NCBI GenBank assembly: GCA_947590905.1
Contig: CANQCU010000004.1
Coordinates: 16,591-80,590, forward strand
Length of the DNA: 64,000 nt
Direction of reading: 5' to 3'
Source of the DNA: an uncultured Clostridia bacterium
GTDB taxonomy: Bacteria; Bacillota; Clostridia; TANB77; CAG-508
A program made the translations under genes and the position numbers. Positions 29,208 through 38,402 of this stretch are shown here, in pieces. The first letter of the stretch is position 1; each line of letters opens with the position of its first letter. The notes under the pieces are model-generated. The model was not told where the DNA came from. It made no database searches and saw nothing but the letters and a program-made list of their open reading frames with translations.

Positions 29208-30713
29208 TTAATCATCATCTCTGTCTTTTCCTATTGATAAAGAGTTTCTTATTCTTTCAAATACACTATTAATATACTCTTGAGTTACATTAAATCTTTT
29301 GCAGGCAATTTTTATGCTTTTATCATCAAATGAATTTGCAGAAAAGAACTTTAATATATCTTTTTCTTTACCATCAGCAGTTAATCCACTTATAAAAACA
29401 TCTATATCGTCATCTTCTTCATATTGTTCAATTGAACTATCATTTTCACCATTTATTTTTAAATTTATATCATATGCTTGTCCTTGAATTTCACTTGATG
29501 AAAATTCTTTTATTTTTGATATTGCATAATAATATAATTTTTTATAAAAAATAGAACTATAACTATTATCATATTCGTCTGAAGTAATTTTAGGTTGTCC
29601 TTCTTCTGTAATTGGATTTCCATTACTCATCAAATACAGATAACCTTCTTGCATTAAATCATAATAAAATCCTGCTGCTACTTTAAAACCATTATTTTTC
29701 ATATACCCAATTGCTGATCTTGTTGCAATTTTAATTACTGCCATAATTTCCTTAATATTTTTCTTACAAAAAGATGTAGGTAATCCACAAGACTTATGTT
29801 CTCCAATATAAAGTCTTCTTCTATATACTCCTGGTTTTACTTCAGTTCTATTTACTATTTGTGAATAATCCTGCCTACTTCGTTGCATTACTCCTGTAAC
29901 TAAATCATATACTGAAATGTCTAGTTTTTTAGCAAGCTCTTCTAATTGTTCTAAAGAGAAATAAGTTCTAATGTTCGGGTTTATTTCTTCCATAAAATTT
30001 TCCCTTTTTGAAATTATTAGTTTTTCTTTTTCTTGTTTATATTTTTGTGAATAACATCTATTTTGTCTCCCTGCTACAAAATCATAGTATAATTGTTCAC
30101 TTTTATCTAAGACATATACCATAAAATCTCTTGGATTTATTCCATATATTTTAGAAAGTTCTTGTATTTCTGCGTATGTAAACATATAATTTCCAGTTTT
30201 TTTCATTCTTAATTGTAAAAAGCTATCTAATATTTCATTTCCTTTATCAGTTAGTATTCCTTCTTTATATTTTTTGTATTTTACTGAATAAAAATATCCA
30301 GTATCTTCTTGACTTTTAGGACTTCTTCTTAAATCTTTTATGCCTAAAACATTTCTAGCTAAGTCATTTTTATTAATTCCAAACTTTTTTTCATATTCTT
30401 CCATTTCTGCATATGAAAACTTACTTGTAAAATCATTTTTTACCTTACTTTGTAATATCTCATCCAATATTCCCGCTTCGATTTTGCTAAAATATTCTTT
30501 CTTAGCCTCCAAAAAAGCATTAGACTTGGCTTTACTATATGTTCCTCTTTTCAATTCGTAAAGCATATGCTTTTTTATTCCTAATATATCAGCTAATTCG
30601 TTTAAAGAAATTCCTAAATATTCACTTATTTCATTTAATTCTTGAATAGTAAATTTTTTTGAATCGTCATATTTTATTTTATATTTTACTATTTCATATA
30701 TTATATCGTCCAT
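29208..30713 (-). CDS. hypothetical regulator: four tandem helix-turn-helix modules (about 75 aa each) and a sigma-70 region-4-like C-terminus
   Basis: The modules share F(T/S)xxE(L/I)xElxxxxGIxxxdLaxxLGIk. The C-terminus SIKIACKRFNVTQEYINSVFERIRNSL resembles a region-4 HTH. Confidence 0.4.
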   Translation of the reverse strand: MDDIIYEIVKYKIKYDDSKKFTIQELNEISEYLGISLNELADILGIKKHMLYELKRGTYSKAKSNAFLEAKKEYFSKIEAGILDEILQSKVKNDFTSKFSYAEMEEYEKKFGINKNDLARNVLGIKDLRRSPKSQEDTGYFYSVKYKKYKEGILTDKGNEILDSFLQLRMKKTGNYMFTYAEIQELSKIYGINPRDFMVYVLDKSEQLYYDFVAGRQNRCYSQKYKQEKEKLIISKRENFMEEINPNIRTYFSLEQLEELAKKLDISVYDLVTGVMQRSRQDYSQIVNRTEVKPGVYRRRLYIGEHKSCGLPTSFCKKNIKEIMAVIKIATRSAIGYMKNNGFKVAAGFYYDLMQEGYLYLMSNGNPITEEGQPKITSDEYDNSYSSIFYKKLYYYAISKIKEFSSSEIQGQAYDINLKINGENDSSIEQYEEDDDIDVFISGLTADGKEKDILKFFSANSFDDKSIKIACKRFNVTQEYINSVFERIRNSLSIGKDRDDD

Positions 30714-30842
30714 ATAAATATTCTCTTTCTATTTTCTCCTAGTTTTTATTCATAATATTCTGTAAAGAAATTAACATAATTATTTTATCACATATTTATA
30801 TTATTCTCAAGCATATTTATTGTTTAATTTAAATACAAAGTT

Positions 30843-30871
30843 AAAAAAAACAGATAGCAAAACCATCTGTT
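30843..30871 (-). terminator. intrinsic terminator directly after tRNA-Gln
   Basis: acagatggttttgctatctgt hairpin followed by a U8 run on the minus strand. Confidence 0.6.
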
Positions 30872-30876
30872 CTTTT

Positions 30877-30951
30877 TGGCTCGGGCGGTTAGATTCGAAC
30901 TAACGCATGTCGGAGTCAGAGTCCGATGCCTTACCGCTTGGCGACGCCCGA
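30877..30951 (-). tRNA. tRNA-Gln (anticodon CTG), 75 nt with encoded CCA
   Basis: Minus-strand sequence TCGGGCGTCGCCAAGCGGTAAGGCATCGGACTCTGACTCCGACATGCGTTAGTTCGAATCTAACCGCCCGAGCCA. A 7-bp acceptor stem, the Gln-type D-loop AGCGGTAAG, a normal 7-nt anticodon loop CUCUGAC, and the T-loop GTTCGAATC. Confidence 0.85.
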
Positions 30952-31016
30952 ATATTAATTATTAATATAAATTGTAGCACAACTTCTAAAAAAGAGCAAT
31001 ACTTATAAAAATTTCA

Positions 31017-32031
31017 TTGATTTTTTTTTACATAAATGCTATTATATATTTATATACAAAGGAGAAATTTATGTTTAAACAAGATATTGAGTTTTATAGT
31101 CCAACTAATTTAAAATCTTATAATTTAGATCAGACAATGCGTTATCAATTAAATACTCTTGAAAACTTAGATCCTCTTACCAAGAAACATAGTGAAAATG
31201 TTGCTAACTTAACTTGTAGAATGTGTGAATACTTACACGAGAAAAAGGATTTTACTATACATGCAACCATTTCTGCATATTTACATGATATTGGCAAAAT
31301 ATTTATTCCTGCCGAAATTATTCATAAACCTACTAAATTAACTGATAAAGAATTCGAAATCATGAAAACTCACACTACTCTTGGATATAATTTATGTATG
31401 AAAGATTTAAAATTGAGACCTTATGCTGGTGGAGCTCTTTATCATCATGAATGTTTGGATGGTTCTGGTTATCCTAACCGGATTGACCAAAAAAGATATC
31501 CCATATTATGCCCAAATAATTCATATTGCAGATGTTTTTGACGCCATTGTTTCTAAGAGACAATATAAAACTCACGTTAATATATCTGAAACACTTAAAC
31601 TTCTTATAAAAGAAGCTCATCCTTCTATGGAGACAATTGCCTTAGATGTCTTAGCTACAGATTCAAAGTATGGAAAAATTAATCCTAAAATTTTAAATAT
31701 TTTATTTAAGGTAGTTATTGATGATACTCTTTATGAAATTAGTTGCACAATGGAATATATTCAATATCTAAAATCTCAATTAAAAAGACTTAAAAAAATT
31801 CAAAAATTTGATGATAAATTAAAAAATTCTAAAACTGAGAAGAATAAAGAATATTATAGAGATTACATTAATTTACTTTTAGAATCTGGAGAAACTCTAG
31901 ATAATTATAAAACAGTAACTTCCGATTATGAAAAGGCTTTAGAAACCAAAAAACAATTAGTAGATAAATTAGACAATGAGATTCATATTATAAAAAGGTT
32001 AAACCCTTATCAAATAGAAAATCTTATTTAA
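31017..32031 (+). CDS. stand-alone HD-GYP domain protein (putative c-di-GMP phosphodiesterase), paralog 1; frame broken by a 1-nt insertion near 31479
   Basis: HD…HDIGK and HHECLDGSGYP motifs. The ORF splits at GYPN|RIDQ…*. Deleting the C in 'aac[c]ggattg' gives GYPNGLTKKDIPYYAQIIHIADVFDAIVSKRQYK. Confidence 0.65.
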
Positions 32032-32100
32032 AAAATAGACAAATAATCTAAATTTTATTACCTAAATCAATTCTAATTTAAAAAATAAAAGGAGAAAATT

Positions 32101-33067
32101 ATGTTTAAACAAGATATTGAATTTTATGATCCTACCAATTTAAAATCATATAATTTAGAGCAAACAATGCGTTATCAATTAAATATGTTGGAGAACCTAG
32201 ATCCTTTCACTAAACAACATTCAGAAAATGTTGCAAACTTAACTTGTAGAATGTGTGAATATCTTCATGCAAAAAAGATGTTTACAATTCATGCAACTAT
32301 CTGTGCATACTTACATGATATTGGTAAATTATTTATTCCTTCTCAAATACTACAAAAGCCTGATAGACTTACTGACGAAGAATATGAAGTAATGAAAACT
32401 CATACTACTATTGGATACAATATATGTATGAAAGATTTAAAATTAAGGCCTTATGCTGGTGGTGCTCTTTATCATCATGAATGTTTGGATGGTTCTGGTT
32501 ATCCTAACCGGATTGACCAAAAAAGATATCCCATATTATGCCCAAATAATTCATATTGCAGATGTTTTTGACGCCATTGTTTCTAAGAGACAATACAAGA
32601 CTCATGTTAACATTTCTGAAACTTTAAAAGTATTATTAAAAGATGCTACTCCATCTAAGCAATCTATTGCTTTGGATGCTCTTTCTATTGATTCAAAATA
32701 TGGAAAAATAAATATTAAAGTTTTACAAGTTTTATTTAAAGTTGTTATTGATGATACTTTATATGAAATTAGCTGTATTATGGAATATGTAAGGCATTTA
32801 AAAGAACAATTAAAGCGACTTGAAAAAATAAAAAAATATGACGAAAAGTCTAAAAATTCAAGAAAAGATAAAGATCAAGAATATTATAAACAATATGCTT
32901 CTTTACTATTTGATCGTGGTGAAACTTTTGATAATTATGAGCAAGTTTTACAGGAATATAAAGAAGCTTTAGAGACAAAGGAAAATTACATTAAACAATT
33001 ATATTTGGAAATTGATATAATAAAGAAATTAAGAGAACAGAGTAAACAAAAATCAATTAAAATTTAA
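32101..33067 (+). CDS. stand-alone HD-GYP domain protein, paralog 2, with the identical 1-nt insertion near 32519
   Basis: Same motifs and the same break as paralog 1. A 120-nt tract spanning the break is 100 % identical between the paralogs. Confidence 0.65.
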
Positions 33068-33115
33068 AATTAATATTTTTAAATAAATGACCGTCTAAAG
33101 TATTTTATTTGTGCA

Positions 33116-33173
33116 AATGAGACTTTATTTACTTAACTTATTATTGTTAAGCAAATAAAAGTCTCATTTTTCT
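33116..33173. terminator. bidirectional intrinsic terminator (aatgagactttat … ataaaagtctcatt)
   Basis: 13-bp stem between the convergent HD-GYP paralog 2 and mazF. Confidence 0.55.
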
Positions 33174-33191
33174 TATTCCTCCAAACCAAAA

Positions 33192-33524
33192 CTAACTCCG
33201 AATAGCATTATTTATCTGATTTATTATCTCACTATCATCAATGTGCCCTATTTTCTCCTTTAATCTGCTCTTATCAATTGTTCTAATTTGTTCTGTAAGT
33301 ACTATTGAGTCTGATTTTAATCCATTATTTTGTGATCCTATTTCTATATGTGTTGGAAGTTTTGTCTTTCCTGTTTGTGACGTGATTGCAGCGGCAATTA
33401 CTGTTGGGCTATATTTGTTTCCAGTATCATTTTGTATTATAAGTACAGGTCTTACTCCTCCTTGCTCTGATCCAACCACAGGACTTAAATCTGCATAAAA
33501 CATATCTCCTCTTTTGATTATCAT
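33192..33524 (-). CDS. mazF: MazF/EndoA-type mRNA interferase toxin
   Basis: [33 protein letters not shown]…KLPTHIEI matches B. subtilis EndoA. The start is set at the internal Met, which has an AGGAG ribosome-binding site. Confidence 0.85.
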   Translation of the reverse strand: MIIKRGDMFYADLSPVVGSEQGGVRPVLIIQNDTGNKYSPTVIAAAITSQTGKTKLPTHIEIGSQNNGLKSDSIVLTEQIRTIDKSRLKEKIGHIDDSEIINQINNAIRS

Positions 33525-33592
33525 ATTACTTTTCACTCCTACTATTACATATATTTTCAGATATATTTTAACTATTAGTCTTCTTTGAGATA

Positions 33593-34207
33593 TTAATTTG
33601 CAAGTATTTCTTCTTTACTTGTTTTATTTAGTTTTATCTCTTTATATAATATGTAAACTGTTATATTTTCGTTAATATCTAAGATTTCTATTTTAATAGG
33701 TAAATTAGTCTTTTTACTTATATACAGTTTTTTGTATCTTTGATATTTGTTATTTCCATTTGTTTTTATTTTTATTATTGTTTCTTCTTCCGTTTCTTCC
33801 CTTTTTATCTCTTCACTATTTTTATATTCTTCTATGAAGCTTATTAAGCTTAACGAATTAGAACTTAAGACCTCATAATTTTCATAAGTACTTTCTAAGC
33901 CTAAACCATCATTCTTTATTATAAGATTTGTTCCATCATATATTATTGAAAATCCTTTAAAGTTTTCTGGCTCTAAAATTTCTTGCTTAAAAATGTTGGA
34001 TTCATGATATTTTTGTTTTAAAATATATTTGTTATCATTTTTATTACTAAAAATTTGAACCTCGACAGTTGCTTCATAGGAACTAATATTTAAAATGTCA
34101 TTGTCATCTGATTTAATTATATTATTGCCTGAATTTAATAATTTATAAGTAATTATTATACAAATTAGAAAAATTATTAAAAAAATTATACAAAATTTTC
34201 TTTTCAT
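33593..34207 (-). CDS. hypothetical secreted or membrane-anchored protein (204 aa, N-terminal signal/TM)
   Basis: Hydrophobic N-terminus. No family recognised. Confidence 0.35.
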   Translation of the reverse strand: MKRKFCIIFLIIFLICIIITYKLLNSGNNIIKSDDNDILNISSYEATVEVQIFSNKNDNKYILKQKYHESNIFKQEILEPENFKGFSIIYDGTNLIIKNDGLGLESTYENYEVLSSNSLSLISFIEEYKNSEEIKREETEEETIIKIKTNGNNKYQRYKKLYISKKTNLPIKIEILDINENITVYILYKEIKLNKTSKEEILAN

Positions 34208-34269
34208 TTAAACCTCCTAAAACAAAAAAAGAAGAATGAAAAAATCATTCTTCTAATTAATATTCATTT

Positions 34270-35241
34270 CTAATTAAAGTATTCTGTTAAAGCCTTTATA
34301 AGCTCATCTTTATTGGTTATAGAATTAATATAATTTCTAACTACACTACTATTTTCCATACCCTTTGTGTAATAAGAAATATGTTTTCTCATTTCTCTAA
34401 TTCCTGTATATTCTCCCTTTTCTTCTATTTCTAAATTTATGTGTTTTATTATTGTTTCTAATATTTCTTTTTTGGATCTTTTTCTTAGTGGCTTTCCGCT
34501 TAAATAATTTATTGTGTCCTCAAATATAAATGGATTTCCGGATTGCTCCTCTTGCTATCATTATTCCATCTGCTTTTGTATATTCTAACATTTTTAAAGC
34601 ATCTTTTTCTGATTTTATATTTCCATTTCCAATTACTGGAATTTTTAAAATTTCTTTTAATCTTTTTATTGAATCTAAGTCACAATCTCCAGAAAAATAT
34701 TCTTCTCTTGTTCTTCCGATGAAGTGTTATCGCTTTTACTCCGGACTTCTTCTAAATTCTTAGAAAGTTCCTCATAAACAATATTTTTTTGATCCCAGCC
34801 TTTTCTTAATTTTACAGTTACTGGCTTAGATACCGCTTTTACTACTTCTTTTGCTATATTAGTTGCTAAATCTATATTTAGCAAAAGCTTACTACCATCA
34901 CCATTTTTTACGACTTTTGGTGCTGGACATCCCATATTTATATCTATAATATCAGCTTTGTCTTCTAAATATTTTGCTGACGTTACCATTGCTTCTATAT
35001 CGCTTCCAAATATCTGCATTATTATTGGTCTTTTTTCTCCTTTTGTATTTAAAAGCAATTTTGTTTTTTCATCATTGTACATTAATGCCTTTGCACTTAC
35101 CATTTCTGTACATACTGCACCTGCTCCACATTCTTTGCAAATTAATCTAAAAGGCAGGTCTGTAATCCCTGCCATCGGCGCAAGTATTATATTATTTTCT
35201 AACTCTACATCTCCTATTTTTAGTTTGTGCAAAAATTCCAT
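34270..35241 (-). CDS. dus: tRNA-dihydrouridine synthase; frame broken by three 1-nt insertions at about 34743, 34718 and 34540
   Basis: N-terminus LAPMAGITDLPFR…MGCPAPKV. Removing the C from 'gtc[c]ggagta', 'cat[c]ggaaga' and 'atc[c]ggaaat' gives a continuous …EEVGVKAITLHGRTREEYFSGDCDLDSIKRLKE…IARGAIGNPFIFEDT…EYFN*. Confidence 0.75.
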
Positions 35242-35303
35242 CTTTATATGATATTTAATAAGTTAAATATCTCATACTCCTCTCTATTTTATGACATTAT
35301 AAA

Positions 35304-36429
35304 TCATTCTTTTTTAATCCATAAATAATGCTTTTTTTCTTCTTGCACTAATATTTAAAAGTAATCCTATACAAATAAAGTTTGTGATAAGTGAACTACC
35401 TCCATAACTTACAAATGGAAGTGGTACTCCTGTTATTGGCAAAAGTCCCATAGTCATTCCTATATTTTCTACCATGTGAAAAGTAAATATTCCGTGCTAT
35501 TCCTATTGCAATATATCCGTCCGAATATCATCTTTCGCTGTCTTTGCAACATATATTGATTTTGTAATCATTATTACATATAGTATAATTACAACTGCTG
35601 CAGCTATAAATCCCATCTCTTCTCCTATTACTGAGAAAATGAAATCTGTAGCTTTTGGATAAAGATATCCAAGTTGAGTTTGATTTCCCATAAGTATTCC
35701 CATTCCAAATAATTGCCCTGAACCTATTGCTATTTTTGATTGTATTAAGTTATACCCTGCTCCTCTTGGGTCTAACTCTGGGTTTAAAAATACTTCAATT
35801 CTTTCTTTTGCATGTTCTGGTAATACATAAAAATATAATAGTGGGACTAATATCACTATTAGTAATAATACTGCTATTATATATTTTTTATCTATTCCTG
35901 AAGCAAATAGCATAAATGCAATTGCAACAATGAATGCCATAACTGTTCCATAGTCTGGTTGTAAAACAATTAGTGCAACTGGTAATCCTGAAATAAGTGC
36001 AACAACTAGTAACTTCCATATTTTATTTATCTCTGTTTTACCACCTTTTTGTAAGATTGTTATTATATATGCTAAAAAAACTATTAATATTATTTTTGCA
36101 AATTCACTTGGCTGTACAGTTACATTTTCTGATATTTTAAACCAGCTACTTGCTCCATTTATAGGTTCAGTAAATAAAACTGCTACAAGCGCAATAATCG
36201 CCAGTACATAAAGTACTGGTGAAATTTTTGCTATTAAGTTATAATCTACAAGCACAACTATTAACATTATAGGGATACTTATACCTGCCCATAATATCTG
36301 CTTATCAAATTCTCCTGCCGAATTATTATCTTGCGTTGCAGAAAAAAGTGCCACTATACCTATACAAGTCAAGACTAAGCAACAAATAAGTATTCCCCAC
36401 TCAATATTTTTTAACGATTTTTTATTCAT
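35304..36429 (-). CDS. rodA: SEDS-family peptidoglycan polymerase RodA/FtsW; frame broken by three 1-nt insertions at about 35523, 35519 and 35484
   Basis: The frame ends …AKTAKDDIRTDILQ*. Removing three Cs ('att[c]gga[c]gga' and 'gca[c]gga') gives the canonical C-terminus …DDIGGYIAIGIAGIFTFHMVENIGMTMGLLPITGVPLPFVSYGGSSLITNF…. Located next to minDE. Confidence 0.75.
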
Positions 36430-36467
36430 TTATAAACCTCTTTATTTTAATTTGTTACTCTTGATGT

Positions 36468-37092
36468 CTAATCTGCATTTACAGGTTCATTTTTATCTTC
36501 TGCATGTTCTGTTACTTCATTACTATTTTTTAAGCTTTGAACTTCTCCATTATCCTCTTCTGTTTTATTCTCTTCATTTGCTTGATTATCATTTACTTGC
36601 ATTTTACCATTTGAAGAATTATTTTCTTGTGAACTATCCTTGTTTTCTTCATTATTATTTTGGGGTTGTTTCTCATCATTAGAGTTATTTTTTTGCGAGT
36701 TATTATTTTCTAATGTTTTTTTATCTTGTGAATTTCTACTTGTTTCTTTACTGCTTTCTTCTTTTTCATCTTGTTTATTTTTTTGTCTTAAAACATCATC
36801 TTTTATGCTAACTATTGGAATATTAGCGTATAATGCTGGTGCACCATTTGTTCCATCATCATTTTGTCTGTTTGTCATCCTCACATCTATTGCAGATTCA
36901 TCAACATCAATATATTTCTTTATAACTTCTATAATTTCTTGTTTCATTAAATCCAAAAAATCTGCTGATACATTTGCTCTATCTTGCATTAATACTAAAT
37001 GCAATCTTTCTTTAGCTGTATCTTTTGAATTATTACTCTTTTTATCTGTTTTTCCGTAAATTCTTAAAAAATTTGATAATATTCTCGAACAT
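36468..37092 (-). CDS. minE: cell-division topological specificity factor MinE with an unusually long low-complexity C-terminal extension; frame broken by a 1-nt insertion near 37056
   Basis: MFENIIKFFKNL then a shift. Deleting the C in 'tta[c]ggaaaa' gives …NLGKTDKKSNNSKDTAKERLHLVLMQDRANVS…. The tail of about 110 aa is N/Q/E/K/S-rich. Confidence 0.7.
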
Positions 37093-37117
37093 TTTTTATT
37101 CCACCTTCGTTTTCATT

Positions 37118-37912
37118 CTATTTTCTTTTAAATATGTTTTTTATTTTAGCAAAAAAGCCTTTTTCTCTTCCTGGTATTGTCACTTCAATATTCTCTCCTA
37201 ATATTCTTTTTGCTATTTCCCTATATGCTTTTCCAGAAGGTGCTTTTTTATTCGATATTACTGGTTCTCCTTTATTAGTCTGTGTTATTATGTATTCATC
37301 ATCAGGTACAACTCCTGTTAATTCAATTGAAAGTAGATCAACAATGTCTTCTACATCCATCATTTCACCTTTTTTAACCATATTTGGTCTAAGTCTATTT
37401 ATAACCAATTCTGAATTTTTTATTTCTGATGCTTCAAGTAATCCTATTATTCTATCTGCATCTCTTATTGCTGAAATCTCTGCTGTTGTTACTACTATTG
37501 CTCTATCTGCTCCTGCAACAGCATTTTTAAATCCTTGCTCTATTCCTGCAGGACAATCTATTAATATATAATCAAAATTTTCTTTTAATTTTTTTGTAAG
37601 CTCTCTCATTTGCTCTTCATTTACTGCACTTTTATCTCTTGTTTGAGCAGCTGGTAATAAATATAATTCATCATATCTCTTGTCTTTTATTAGGGCTTGT
37701 CTTAGTTTACATCTTTCTTCAACTACATCAACTATATCATAAACTATTCTATTTTCTAGACCCATAACAACGTCAAGATTTCTTAAACCAATATCTGTAT
37801 CTACTAATGCTACTTTTTTTCCTTCTAAAGCAAGAGATGCACCCAAGTTAGCTGTTGTTGTAGTTTTTCCAACTCCTCCTTTTCCTGATGTTATTACGAT
37901 AACTTCTCCCAT
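37118..37912 (-). CDS. minD: septum site-determining ATPase MinD
   Basis: Deviant Walker A motif GKGGVGKTT. Matches MinD along its full length. Confidence 0.9.
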   Translation of the reverse strand: MGEVIVITSGKGGVGKTTTTANLGASLALEGKKVALVDTDIGLRNLDVVMGLENRIVYDIVDVVEERCKLRQALIKDKRYDELYLLPAAQTRDKSAVNEEQMRELTKKLKENFDYILIDCPAGIEQGFKNAVAGADRAIVVTTAEISAIRDADRIIGLLEASEIKNSELVINRLRPNMVKKGEMMDVEDIVDLLSIELTGVVPDDEYIITQTNKGEPVISNKKAPSGKAYREIAKRILGENIEVTIPGREKGFFAKIKNIFKRK

Positions 37913-38115
37913 TTTTTTCCTCCATCCTTGGCCACAATGCCAAATAGCTTTTATATTTTCTTCAAAGCTATTTTAACTTATTGCAACTATTTTACTTGAA
38001 TTTTTCTACTTGATATACAAAAAAGTAAAACATACTAAAAAATATTCTGTTTTACTTTTTTTATTTTTTCTTTAGCTTATATAATATTTTTAATATATTT
38101 TACTTTTCTTTATGC

Positions 38116-38325
38116 TTAAACAGGATCATCTAAATGCTCATATATATCCTGTGCACTATCTAAATCTTTTCTATATATTTCATTAATTCTTTGCTTTGCC
38201 TGTAAAATCATTACTTGATTATTAGTATTTGTCCAATATATTCCTACTAACATTGTTAAGCAGAATATAAATGCAACTATAACAAATAATGTTATTGAGC
38301 CTTTCTCAGACTTAATTTTTTTCAT
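38116..38325 (-). CDS. small membrane protein (69 aa), hypothetical
   Basis: A single TM helix. Confidence 0.3.
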   Translation of the reverse strand: MKKIKSEKGSITLFVIVAFIFCLTMLVGIYWTNTNNQVMILQAKQRINEIYRKDLDSAQDIYEHLDDPV

Positions 38326-38402
38326 ATGTTTCCTCCAAAAAATTCTTTTGTGTTCTTATTATATCCTATATATTATATTTATTCAAGTTTTTTGAAAATT
38401 TT

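Noticed and set aside
30877-30951. Idea that the CGG-A frameshift sites are decoded by a quadruplet-reading tRNA or general CGGA recoding
   Set aside because: The only tRNA in the window is a standard tRNA-Gln(CUG) with a 7-nt anticodon loop. In-frame CGG followed by A or T is read normally as Arg in the GNAT (tat cgg aat, conserved YRNMG motif), in hisS (tat cgg tat) and in pflA (tta cgg aat, Gly-aligned C-terminus). This is kept only as a low-probability alternative in finding 1.
34530-34763. Plus-strand ORF of 77 aa, and others such as 36640-37059, 40166-40387 and 51060-51380
   Set aside because: They run antisense to the frameshifted dus, minE, clpB and rpoA genes.
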